Below are positions 23,308-32,200 of a stretch of 64,000 nucleotides of DNA, one piece after another. The DNA lies in the NCBI GenBank assembly GCA_963745025.1, contig CAVUWD010000020.1:128001-192000 (forward strand), in the 5' to 3' direction. The notes beneath the pieces were generated by a model that worked only from the letters and a program-made list of their open reading frames with translations, ran no database searches and was not told the DNA's origin. This DNA is from an uncultured delta proteobacterium. Its GTDB lineage: Bacteria; Desulfobacterota; Binatia; JACPRU01. Position numbers and translations under genes: made by a program. How positions within the stretch are numbered: position 1 is the stretch's first letter; each line of letters opens with the position of its first letter.

Positions 23308-23336
23308 AGTGTCAGAGAAATTCCACCCGGAGTCAA
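23308..23336 (-). promoter_or_regulatory. Candidate sigma70 promoter for the rpsU operon
   Basis: TTGACT-17 nt-GACACT, with an 8-bp inverted repeat flanking the -10. Confidence 0.5.
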
Positions 23337-23515
23337 GAATGAAACGGGACTCCCGTGCACGGCTCCTGAAAAACGGCGACCGGTCGCGCGAACCCCTTGA
23401 ACTCGGCGGCTTCGAGACGCTGCCGCTGCGAACGAGCAACTGTGTTCGGGCTTCGCTCGTCGAGATTCGGCTCTCGGCAAAGACCTTCCTCGAGCCGAAA
23501 CGCCGAGAGCGGGAC

Positions 23516-24268
23516 TCACGCGGAGGACGGACGGATCGCGCTCAGGCGGAGCAGGCGCTCGGGGAAGTCGGTGAAGATGCCGTCGACACCGAGAACGGCG
23601 AGCGCTTCGATCTCGCTCGGGCGGTTGACGGACCAGACGCGTACCTCGAGGCCGCGGCGGTGCGCTTCGCTGACTGCCGTCGCCGAGACGAGCGAGCGCT
23701 CGGCGTGGACCGCCTCGGCGCCGAGCTCGGCGGCGAGCGCGAATGCCGCGGTCCACGACTCGCGCGCGTCCGCCAAGACCCCGATCCGCGCGTCGTCGGC
23801 GAGGTCGCGCACCAGGCGCATGCGCGGCGGCGAGAACGACGAGAACACCGTTTCCCGCGAGACGCGCAGGCTGCGTACGATGCCGACGCACTGGATCTCC
23901 AGCCGACCGGGCGCGTCGTGCCCTTTGATCTCGAGATTGATCCCGACGCGGCCGTGCAGGATCTCGACCGCTTCTTCCAGGGTCAGCACCTCTTCTCCGG
24001 CGAACTCGCGCCCGAACCAGAAGCCGGCATCGAGCGCCTTGATTTCCTTCAACGTATGATCCCGCACCCGACCTCTGCCGTTGGTCGTGCGCTCGAGCGT
24101 CTCGTCGTGGATCACGACCACGGCGCCGTCGAGGGTGTTCTGGCAATCGAGCTCGACCATGTCGGCGCCGAGCTCGATCGCCCGCAGAAACGCCGCGCGG
24201 GTGTTCTCCGGGCAGTGTCCCGAGGCGCCGCGGTGAGCGATGCGCAGCAGTCGGGGTCGGTCGGGCAT
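23516..24268 (-). CDS. Glycerophosphodiester phosphodiesterase
   Basis: [38 protein letters not shown]. Confidence 0.93.
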   Translation of the reverse strand: MPDRPRLLRIAHRGASGHCPENTRAAFLRAIELGADMVELDCQNTLDGAVVVIHDETLERTTNGRGRVRDHTLKEIKALDAGFWFGREFAGEEVLTLEEAVEILHGRVGINLEIKGHDAPGRLEIQCVGIVRSLRVSRETVFSSFSPPRMRLVRDLADDARIGVLADARESWTAAFALAAELGAEAVHAERSLVSATAVSEAHRRGLEVRVWSVNRPSEIEALAVLGVDGIFTDFPERLLRLSAIRPSSA

Positions 24269-24298
24269 CGGCGTACTCTACCGGAGAGCGAACATCTT

Positions 24299-24425
24299 TG
24301 TCAGTCGCTCCCGTTCGTCGCGACGTCGTCTCCCACCTGCTAGCCTACCGAGTTGGGAGCGCGTGTCACAGATCGCTCCCGTTGGTCGCGATCCCATCTC
24401 CGAGTATACGTCCTACCGAGTTAGC
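24299..24425 (+). repeat. Dispersed repeat, two tandem copies with 68-bp period
   Basis: TCGCTCCCGTT at 24305 and 24373; CCTACCGAGTT at 24344 and 24412. Confidence 0.85.
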
Positions 24426-24461
24426 GTCGAATCCGATAGCCGTGTATGGCATTCTCGACGC

Positions 24462-25337
24462 ATGCGCCGCTGGCTCGAGCTCTCGACCGAGGTTCCGCCG
24501 GCAGCAGGCGACGCGCTCTCGGCGTGGCTCTTCGATCGCGGTGCGCCCGGGGTGATCGAGGAGTCAGCCGCGGATCATCTGCGCCTGCGCGCCCACTTCG
24601 AAGGCGCGGATCGCGAGCGCGAGCTCGTCGACGCTCTGCGTGGGTTCCTCCGCGAGATCGACGAGTTCTTCCCCGGTGCCGCCGCATCGCGAATCGCCGT
24701 CGCACGCGTCGACGAGGAGGACTGGGCCGAGGGATGGAAGCAGGGATTCCCTCCTCTCGAGGTGGGAGGGCGCTTGCGCGTCCGCACGCCCTGGAGTGCA
24801 CGCGACGATTCGGGACGACACGACGTCGAGATTCTGCCGGCGATGGCCTTCGGTACGGGCCACCACGCCTCGACCCTCGGTTGCCTGCTCGCGCTCGAGG
24901 ACCTCCTCGAATGCGAGGGAGCGCTCTCGCCCGTTCTCGACGTCGGCACGGGAAGCGGCATCCTGGCGATCGCCGCCGCGCGACTCGGCGTCCGAGCGGT
25001 CGCCGCGGTTGACGTCGATCCGGTGGCGGTCGAGGCGGCGGCGGAGAACGCGCGCCGAAACGGCGTCGAGAAGATCATCCGACTACGACGCGGCTCGCTC
25101 GAGGCCGTGATGGGGCACTATCGACTGATCCTCGCGAACCTCTACGCGGGCGCGCTTCGCGAGCTGTTCGCGAGATTCGCCGATCACGCCGAACCGCGTG
25201 GTTGGCTCATCGTCTCGGGGCTTCTCGAGGCCGACCGTGACGCCGTGCGGGAGGCGGCCGTCGCCGAGGACTGGGAACCGAAGAGCGAACGCTGCCTCGA
25301 GGGTTGGATCACGCTCACGTTGCGGCGGGCGTCCTGA
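24462..25337 (+). CDS. prmA: Ribosomal protein L11 methyltransferase
   Basis: EEDWAEGWK, PAMAFGTGHHAST, LDVGTGSGILAI. Confidence 0.93.
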   Translation: MRRWLELSTEVPPAAGDALSAWLFDRGAPGVIEESAADHLRLRAHFEGADRERELVDALRGFLREIDEFFPGAAASRIAVARVDEEDWAEGWKQGFPPLEVGGRLRVRTPWSARDDSGRHDVEILPAMAFGTGHHASTLGCLLALEDLLECEGALSPVLDVGTGSGILAIAAARLGVRAVAAVDVDPVAVEAAAENARRNGVEKIIRLRRGSLEAVMGHYRLILANLYAGALRELFARFADHAEPRGWLIVSGLLEADRDAVREAAVAEDWEPKSERCLEGWITLTLRRAS

Positions 25338-25344
25338 GAGCGGC

Positions 25345-26089
25345 ATGCACCGCTTTCGAGCGCCAACCGAGGAGCTTCGCAGCGGACGCGTGCGGCTTCG
25401 CGGCGCCGAGGTTCGGCATCTACGCGACGTTCTCCGTCTTGGTCCGGGCACTCGCGTGGAGCTCTTCGACGGCGAGGGAGGGAGTTTTCTCGCCGAGCTG
25501 TCGTCGATCGGGTCCTCGGCGGCGGAGCTCAACGTGCTCGGTGCGATCGAGCGGCAAACCGAGTCCGCGTTGTCGCTGACGCTCGCCGTCGCCATCGCGA
25601 AGGGGTCGAAGCTCGACTGGGTCGTCGAGAAGGCCACCGAGCTTGGCGCCTCGCGGTTCCTTCCCTTCACCTCGGAGCGGACGGTTTCCGAGCGCCGCGA
25701 CTTCGCCGAGCGCGTCCGCCGCTGGCGGCGAATCGCCAGCGCGGCGGTGGCGCAGTGCGGTCGGAGCCGTCTGCCCGGAGGTGCGTGACGTCACGAGCTT
25801 CGCCGACGTACTCGCCGTCAGCGCCGAATGCGACCGCCGACTTCTCTTCTGGGAGGAAGGTGGTTCGCCGCTCGCTCGAGCCTCCGACCGAGGGGTGCGG
25901 AGCGTCTGCGTCGTGACCGGGCCGGAGGGTGGATTCGCACCCGAAGAAGCCGCGCGTGCCGAGGCCGCTGGCTTCACGCTGGCCGCGCTCGGACCGCGGA
26001 TCCTCCGCGCCGAGACGGCGGCCGTCGCGGCCGTCACGCTGGCGCAGTTTCTCTGGGGCGACCTGGACCGGTCTCCGGCCGGCGCGTAG
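25345..26089 (+). CDS. rsmE: 16S rRNA m3U1498 methyltransferase (1-nt insertion near 25775)
   Basis: HLRDVLRL, VEKATELG, AQCGR, then GPEGG and LGPRILRAETA in the next frame. Confidence 0.93.
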
Positions 26090-26273
26090 CGTGGTGCGTC
26101 GTCAGTAACCCTGCTGACGCCACCGCGCGCAGCGCGGAGGCTCGATACCACGTAGCAGGCGATTGCCTCCGCGCCTTCGCTGGTCCAGGCAGCCGAACGT
26201 CGAGACGCGTTCGAGAGCGTGACTCGATCCCGCGGTAGTCGCGCCAACGATTCCCGCGTGTTAGTGTTTTTGC

Positions 26274-27239
26274 GTGAGCTCGCTCCGCGTCGGCTTCCTG
26301 ATCGATCCGATCGAAACCCTGATCGTCGGCCACGACACGACCCTGGCGTTCATGCTCGAGTGCCAGCGCCGCGGCCACGAGGTCCACTGCTTCGAGCAGA
26401 AGCATCTCGAGTACCGCGGCAGCGAGGTCTGGGCTACGACCAAGAAAGTCGAGCTCAAGCGCGCCAAGGGAGATCACTATCGAGTCCTCGCGGAAGGGCT
26501 CGCGCGACTCTCGGCGTTCGACGTCGTTTTCCTGCGCAAGGACCCCCCGGTCGACGTCGAGTACCTGCACGCCACGCAGCTTGTGGAGCTGGCGCGCGGC
26601 CCGCTGCTCGTCAACGACCCGGGCGGCTTGCGTGACGCCAACGAGAAGCTATTCGTGCTGCGTTTCCCGGAGCTGATTCCGCGCACGCTCGTGACCCGCA
26701 GCCTGATCGAGCTCCGCGCCTTTCTCCACGAGTTGGGCGGAGAGATGATCGTCAAGCCGATCGATGGCTTCGGCGGTCGGGGCATCTTCCACTTGCGGCA
26801 GAGCGATCGCAACGTCAACTCCCTCCTCGAGCTGGCGACTGCGGGTGGGCGGGCGGCGATCGTCGCCCAGGAGTACCTGCCGGCGAGCCGGGACGGCGAC
26901 AAGCGGATCATCCTCGTCGACGGCGAACCGCTCGGCGCGATGATGCGGGTTCCGCAGGCGAACGACGTGCGCGGCAACCTCGCGGCGGGCGGACGCTCGG
27001 AGCGGACCGAGCTCACCGATCGCGAGCGCGAAATCTGTCGGCGGCTGGCGCCGGATCTTCGGCTGCGCGGGCTCTACTTCGTCGGCATCGACGTGATCGG
27101 CGGGTATCTCACGGAGGTGAACGTCACCAGCCCGACCGGCATCGAAGAGATCAACGCGTTCGATGGTGTCGCGATCGAACGCGAGATGATGGACTTCGTC
27201 GAGCGCAAGCTCGGTCAGCGCCAAGCGAAGCGTGCTTGA
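26274..27239 (+). CDS. gshB: Glutathione synthetase
   Basis: FLRKDPP, DANEKL, KPIDGFGGRG, GDKRI, RGNLAAGG, EVNVTSPTG. Confidence 0.96.
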   Translation: MSSLRVGFLIDPIETLIVGHDTTLAFMLECQRRGHEVHCFEQKHLEYRGSEVWATTKKVELKRAKGDHYRVLAEGLARLSAFDVVFLRKDPPVDVEYLHATQLVELARGPLLVNDPGGLRDANEKLFVLRFPELIPRTLVTRSLIELRAFLHELGGEMIVKPIDGFGGRGIFHLRQSDRNVNSLLELATAGGRAAIVAQEYLPASRDGDKRIILVDGEPLGAMMRVPQANDVRGNLAAGGRSERTELTDREREICRRLAPDLRLRGLYFVGIDVIGGYLTEVNVTSPTGIEEINAFDGVAIEREMMDFVERKLGQRQAKRA

Positions 27240-27264
27240 CGCTCCGAAACGCCTTCGCTAGTAG
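27236..27264 (+). promoter_or_regulatory. Candidate sigma70 promoter for tRNA-Phe
   Basis: TTGACG-17 nt-TAGTAG, ending 14 nt upstream of the tRNA. Confidence 0.5.
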
Positions 27265-27278
27265 AAGACGTTTTGCAT

Positions 27279-27351
27279 GGGCAGGTAGCTCAGTCGGTAG
27301 AGCAGGAGCCTGAAAAGCTCCGTGTCGGCGGTTCAATTCCGTCCCTGCCCA
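27279..27351 (+). tRNA. tRNA-Phe(GAA)
   Basis: Acceptor stem GGGCAGG/CCTGCCC; anticodon arm GGAGC-CTGAAAA-GCTCC; T-loop GGTTCAATTCC. Confidence 0.96.
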
Positions 27352-27558
27352 CCTTTTACTTTCTAGCCCGGAGATGAGCGCCGAGTTCTCGAAGGGCTGG
27401 TGGCTCGTCGCGGCAGGGCACGCACCTCGTTCTGCGCGCGACGGCGCTCACGTCGCTCGGTGGCGTCATTCGGGATCCGCTGTCTCTCCTCCCCGTCACA
27501 CTCTCGCCGTCGCTCTCCTCCTCCGTCTGCTGCCCTGCAAGGCGCCGCGGGTGGTCGC

Positions 27559-27945
27559 GTGAGGCGCTCGCGGCGACTCGTCTGGCTGATCGCTGGCGTC
27601 GCCGTCGCGATGTCGAGCGCTTGCCTCGCGACGCGCCGCTACGGCCCGCCGGAGTGCCTGCCGGACCCCGAAGCGCATTGTCGGTCGGAGTGCGGTCGCC
27701 GCGACGCCGATTCGAACGATACCCGCGAAGGCAAGTGTGAAGTCATGCTGAGCGACCTCTGCGGCGCACACTGTCTCGAGGCATGCGGCGACCGCTCGTC
27801 GTCGCTGGCGAAGAAGATCGAGGGCTACGAATCGTCACTCGAGCACGATTGCGGTAGCGGGCGGCCCGTTGGCCCGGGCGAGATGCGATCGCTTCCGGTC
27901 TCGCCGACGCCTCATCCGCTCAATCGGTTTCTCCGTGACGTCTGA
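27559..27945 (+). CDS. Small Cys-rich putative lipoprotein
   Basis: Basic N-terminus, hydrophobic stretch, SSAC lipobox-like motif and 8 further Cys. Confidence 0.6.
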   Translation: MRRSRRLVWLIAGVAVAMSSACLATRRYGPPECLPDPEAHCRSECGRRDADSNDTREGKCEVMLSDLCGAHCLEACGDRSSSLAKKIEGYESSLEHDCGSGRPVGPGEMRSLPVSPTPHPLNRFLRDV

Positions 27946-27993
27946 ACCGCGCTCTGCCTCGACGAACGGAGACGGCTGAGCGACAATGATCGC

Positions 27994-28545
27994 GTGGAGA
28001 TCGCGATCGGCACGACCCGTCTCGCGCTCGTGCGCGCAGACATCACCGAGCAGGACGTCGAGGCGATCGTCAACGCCGCGAACTCGTCGCTCTGTGGCGG
28101 CGGCGGCGTCGACGGAGCGATCCACCGCGCCGGGGGACCCGCGATTCTCGAAGCGTGCAAGCAGATCGTCGCCGAGCGGGGCCGGTGCGCGACCGGCGAT
28201 GCGGTGATCACGACCGGCGGCACGCTGCGGGCGACGTTCGTAGTCCACACGGTCGGGCCGGTATGGAGTGGCGGCAAGAGAGGCGAAGCGGGTCTGCTCG
28301 CCTCTGCCTATCGGTCGAGCCTGCGAATCGCGGCCGAGCGCGGGATCTCGTCGATCGCGTTTCCGTCGATCTCGACCGGCGCGTATGGCTTTCCGATCGA
28401 GCACGCGGCCGACATCGCGCTCCGCACGGTGCGCGATTTCCTCGATCGCGAGAGCCACACGATCGCCGAAGTGCGCTTCGTGCTCTTCAGCGACTCCGAT
28501 CTCGGGTTCTACGAAGCGGCGCTCACCCGGCTGAAGTCTTCGTAG
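27994..28545 (+). CDS. Macro domain protein (O-acetyl-ADP-ribose deacetylase, YmdB-like)
   Basis: DIT, AIVNAAN, GGGGVDGAIHRAGG, HTVGP, FPSISTGAYGFP. Confidence 0.93.
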   Translation: MEIAIGTTRLALVRADITEQDVEAIVNAANSSLCGGGGVDGAIHRAGGPAILEACKQIVAERGRCATGDAVITTGGTLRATFVVHTVGPVWSGGKRGEAGLLASAYRSSLRIAAERGISSIAFPSISTGAYGFPIEHAADIALRTVRDFLDRESHTIAEVRFVLFSDSDLGFYEAALTRLKSS

Positions 28546-28900
28546 CGGTCTCGGCGTTTTTCGCCGCGTCATCGAGCCGCCGGCGCGTTTGGTCGTCGAG
28601 GAGCCCATCGTCCCGGAGCCCGACGTGGCGCTGGAATGCTTCGATGGCATTGACCGTCACCATGTCGATCTTGCCGCTCGGCGGATCCTCCAAATACTCC
28701 TTCAGCATCTTCAGCTGCTCCTGGGCCTTCTTCACTACGGCCGGGTCGACCTTCTGGGCAAGCGCGATCTGCTGCGTCTTCGGCATCGACTCCTTCACGC
28801 GCGTTTCGATCTCGCGCATGCGCTCTTCCATCTTCTTGGAGGTCTTGCCGGACTCGTCACCGGACTCGCAGCCGACGATCGCGAGACCGAGTAGCGTCAC
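28523..28900 (-). CDS. Lipoprotein with peptidoglycan-binding (PG_binding_1-like) domain
   Basis: IVGC lipobox; AQEQL...Y...G...T..AIEAFQ...GL..DG...T pattern; true start may be ~40 nt upstream. Confidence 0.75.
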   Translation of the reverse strand: MTLLGLAIVGCESGDESGKTSKKMEERMREIETRVKESMPKTQQIALAQKVDPAVVKKAQEQLKMLKEYLEDPPSGKIDMVTVNAIEAFQRHVGLRDDGLLDDQTRRRLDDAAKNAETATKTSAG

Positions 28901-29174
28901 CGCGGCGAGGAAGATCGCCAGCGGATGGATTCCTCGATTCAGCGGCTCAACCCTCCGTGTCCCGGCCCTTGTTGCGGAAGACCCCGCTCCTCGTCGAGCG
29001 ACTCCGTGTTGCGAACGTCGGGCGGATTGGCCTCGATCCGGCGGCGGAGGCGCAGCCGGAACGCTTCTTCCGCTAGCAAAAACGACGGCTTCATCCGTAG
29101 TTGACCGGGTTCGGCGTGTCGACTATGCGTGCGAGAATCGAGTCAAGTTGGCGAGCCCTCGTCGAGAACCGGGC

Positions 29175-29309
29175 ATGTCCGCCCAACGCATCTTCCACAA
29201 CGTCCTCCACGCAGCCGATGCGCCGGCCGCGAAGCCGTGTGGCGAGTTCCTCGCCGAGCTCGACGCCTTCATCGAAGCGTACGACCCGTACCGGACCGCG
29301 AGCGCGTAG
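29175..29309 (+). CDS. Possible 44-aa small protein
   Basis: MSAQRIFHNVLHAADAPAAKPCGEFLAELDAFIEAYDPYRTASA; GC3-biased codons; weak RBS. Confidence 0.35.
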   Translation: MSAQRIFHNVLHAADAPAAKPCGEFLAELDAFIEAYDPYRTASA

Positions 29310-29377
29310 CAGATCGTAGGAAACGGCGCAGCGCGCGAGCGGGGTCCGCGACGCTTGCCGAAAGACGGAGGTTGACG

Positions 29378-29710
29378 ATGGGCACCCACTATCACGACAG
29401 CGACGATCTCAAGCTTCTCAGGGACATGAAGGAGCTGGCGCCGGCCGAATTCAAGGCGTGGGTCGATCTCGACCGCATCGTCGGCCGCGAGGACGGCAAG
29501 ATCCCGCGCAAGTATCGGGAGCTGATCGCTCTCGCGGTCGCGCACGTCACGCAGTGCGTCTATTGCATCGAGGCGCACGTGAAGGGGGCGAAGAAGTCGG
29601 GCGCGACGCGCGAAGAGATCGTCGAGACGAGCTTTCTCGCCGCGGCGCTCCGCGCCGGCGGCGCTGCGGCGCACGGCGCGCTGGCGCTGAAGCTCTACGA
29701 CAAGAGCTGA
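29378..29710 (+). CDS. Carboxymuconolactone decarboxylase / AhpD-like protein
   Basis: RELIALAVAHVTQCVYCIEAH and GATREEI; GGAGG RBS. Confidence 0.92.
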   Translation: MGTHYHDSDDLKLLRDMKELAPAEFKAWVDLDRIVGREDGKIPRKYRELIALAVAHVTQCVYCIEAHVKGAKKSGATREEIVETSFLAAALRAGGAAAHGALALKLYDKS

Positions 29711-29819
29711 AACGGCAGGCTTCAGGCTACGAGCGGCTATTCCGTGCGCCAATTGGATCCGAGCGCCAGGGGTGGAAAGCCGGGTAGGGCGCCCGCCGCG
29801 GTGCCTCAGAACTAGGCCG

Positions 29820-30629
29820 TCAGCGCGATTCGCCGGCGCGCTCGAACTGCCGCTTCACGAAGGAGAGCGTACCCCGCATGATCGCGCGCGGGAACAGCGC
29901 GCGCAGCTTCCAGATCAGCGTGTAGCGCTCGGGCGCGAAGAGCTCGAAGCGCTCCTTCTCGATCGCCTTGGCGATCGCCCGGGTCACGACCTCGGGCCCG
30001 AGCAGCTGCGGCTCGACGACGTGCCGCAAGTGCTCGAAGCCGGGCCTCTTGTCGAAGAGCTCGGTGCGGATTGCGCCCGGGTAGATCACCGCGACGTGGA
30101 CCCCCCGCGATTTGACCTCGTAGTAGAGCGCCTCGGCGAGTCCCGTCACGGCGAACTTGGAGGCCGAGTAGGCCGTATGGCGCCAGGTGGCGATGCGGCC
30201 GGCGAAGGAGGACACGAAGACCACGGTTCCCGTGCGCCGCTCGACCATCGAAAGCATCACCTCGCGAGTGAAGTAGAGCGCCGAGAAATAGTTGGAGCGC
30301 ATCAGCTCTTCGAACTGTTCCTCGGGAGCTTCGGTGAAGAGGTGGTAGGCGCCGATGCCCGCGTTGTTGATCAGGATGTCGATCGGTCCGAGATCGGCCC
30401 GCGCGCGGGCAATGGTCACGCGGATCTGCTCGCGATCGCGGACGTCGCAGGGATATGACCGGCTGGAGGGGGCGTGGTTCTGGCATTCGCGAAGCGTTTC
30501 CTCGAGCCGATCGGCGCGCCGCGCGCAGATCGCCACGGTGGCGCCGCGCCGTGCCAGGTCGATTGCCGTCGCCCGCCCGATTCCGCTCGAGGCCCCGGTC
30601 ACTAGCGCGACTCTTCCCCGGATCTCCAT
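29820..30629 (-). CDS. Short-chain dehydrogenase/reductase
   Basis: TGASSGIG, NNAG, YSASK. Confidence 0.93.
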   Translation of the reverse strand: MEIRGRVALVTGASSGIGRATAIDLARRGATVAICARRADRLEETLRECQNHAPSSRSYPCDVRDREQIRVTIARARADLGPIDILINNAGIGAYHLFTEAPEEQFEELMRSNYFSALYFTREVMLSMVERRTGTVVFVSSFAGRIATWRHTAYSASKFAVTGLAEALYYEVKSRGVHVAVIYPGAIRTELFDKRPGFEHLRHVVEPQLLGPEVVTRAIAKAIEKERFELFAPERYTLIWKLRALFPRAIMRGTLSFVKRQFERAGESR

Positions 30630-30701
30630 CTATCCTTCTGTAGCTACGGGGTGGCTCGCGACGTTGTCAACATTCGTCCCTCGGCCCGAAGGACGCCGCT
30701 T

Positions 30702-30760
30702 CACAGATCGCTCCGGTCGGTCGCAATCCCGGCTCCGGCCGTGCAGCCTAGCAAGCCAGC
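30702..30760 (+). repeat. Dispersed ~60-bp repeat, copy 4
   Basis: CACAGATCGCTCCGGTCGGTCGCAATCCCGGCTCCGGCCGTGCAGCCTAGCAAGCCAGC. Confidence 0.8.
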
Positions 30761-30972
30761 TCAGCCGCCGCGCGAGCCCCAACGATGCTCGCCGCGTCGG
30801 CGGTTTGCCATCGGTCCGGAACCTCGACTAGGCTTGCGTTGTTTAGAGCTCATCTGGAAGGGATCCGGGTGACATCGCTGGGATGTATCCGATGTGTGGT
30901 CTTGGGCATCCAAGGCCGTTGAACCGGCCCGCGGAGAAGCCGCGGACCAAAATTTCAATGAGGAGGATCGAG

Positions 30973-31233
30973 ATGAAGAGTCCGTTGAAGGGAGCGCTGA
31001 TCGCGGCGGCGGTTGCCGGCTTGTTCGTGGCAAATGCGGCGCGGGCGGCCGACGAGGGCAAGAGCGAGGCGAAAGAGGTGAAGTGCGCCGGTGTCAACGC
31101 CTGTAAGGGGCAAGGCGCGTGCGCAGGCGCGGGTCACGAGTGCGCCGGCAAGAACGGTTGCAAGGGCCAGGGCTGGTCGAAGGTGTCTTCGGCCAAGGAA
31201 TGTACGGACAAGGGTGGCACGGTCAAGGATTGA
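30973..31233 (+). CDS. Six-Cys secreted RiPP precursor (bufferin BufA2-type metal-binding peptide)
   Basis: Sec signal (ARA-AD), duplicated CAGxNxCKGQG, terminal CxxKGG; directly upstream of DUF692; GAGGAGG RBS. Confidence 0.85.
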   Translation: MKSPLKGALIAAAVAGLFVANAARAADEGKSEAKEVKCAGVNACKGQGACAGAGHECAGKNGCKGQGWSKVSSAKECTDKGGTVKD

Positions 31234-31312
31234 GAATACCCCGCAGGGCGCCGGGCACGACTCTCGCCCGGCGCCCTCCCCACCCCCGTTGGATGCTGGT
31301 GTCGTCGAGCGG

Positions 31313-32200
31313 ATGCCGGCGCCGGCGATCTCGGCCTTTCCTCGGCTCGGATGCGGGATCGGGCTCCGACGCGAGCACTACGGCTACGTTCTCGAGCACT
31401 GGCCGGCGCTCGATTGGTTCGAGATCATCTCCGAGAACTTCATGGTTCCGGGCGGGCGTCCGCTCTACGTGCTCGATCGCGTACGGGAGCGCTATCGGCT
31501 CGTCATGCATGGGGTGTCGCTGTCGATCGGGTCAACGGATCCGCTGAACGTCGACTACCTCGGCCGCCTGAAGAAGCTCGCCGAGCGGGTTCGGCCGGCA
31601 TGGGTTTCGGACCATCTCTGCTGGACCGGGGTCGGCGGCAAGAATGCGCACGATCTGCTGCCGCTTCCCTATACCGAGGAGACGATCGAGCACGTGGCCT
31701 CGCGGGTGCGGGCCGTGCAGGAATTTCTCGAGCGTCCGATCCTGCTCGAGAACGTCTCGAGCTATCTCACCTACCGGGAATCGGAGCTCACGGAGTGGGA
31801 CTGGCTGGCGGAAATCGCCCGCCGCGCCGGCTGCTTCATCTTGCTCGACGTCAACAATGTCTACGTGAGCGCCTTCAACCACGGCTTCGACGCGCTCGAC
31901 TACCTGCGAGGAGTTCCTATCGATCGGGTGGCGCAATTCCATCTCGCCGGGCATACCGACAACGGAACGCACCTGCTCGACACACACGACCACCCGATCA
32001 TCGATCCGGTGTGGCGGCTCTACGCCGAGGCCGTCCGGCGGTTCGGACCGCTCTCGACCTTGATCGAGCGCGACGATCGGATCCCGGAGTTTTCCGAGGT
32101 CGCAGCGGAGGCGGAGGAGGCACGGCGCATCCAGGTCGAAATCGATGACGAGGCTCAGAGAGAATCAGGACGTCTTCTGGCGGCTGATCCGCGCGCCTGA
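31313..32200 (+). CDS. DUF692 multinuclear non-heme iron oxidase (MNIO, BufB-like)
   Basis: GIGLR, EIISENF, HGVSLSIG, SDHL, LENVSSY, LDVNN, HLAGH, DTHD, IERD. Confidence 0.95.
   Translation: MPAPAISAFPRLGCGIGLRREHYGYVLEHWPALDWFEIISENFMVPGGRPLYVLDRVRERYRLVMHGVSLSIGSTDPLNVDYLGRLKKLAERVRPAWVSDHLCWTGVGGKNAHDLLPLPYTEETIEHVASRVRAVQEFLERPILLENVSSYLTYRESELTEWDWLAEIARRAGCFILLDVNNVYVSAFNHGFDALDYLRGVPIDRVAQFHLAGHTDNGTHLLDTHDHPIIDPVWRLYAEAVRRFGPLSTLIERDDRIPEFSEVAAEAEEARRIQVEIDDEAQRESGRLLAADPRA

Noticed and set aside
24299-24425. CRISPR mini-array
   Set aside because: Only two units, with imperfect split repeats and no cas genes; kept as a repeat family instead.
27279-27560. Integrative element at tRNA-Phe
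   Set aside because: No integrase, and I found no duplicated tRNA 3' end in the window; no obvious compositional shift.
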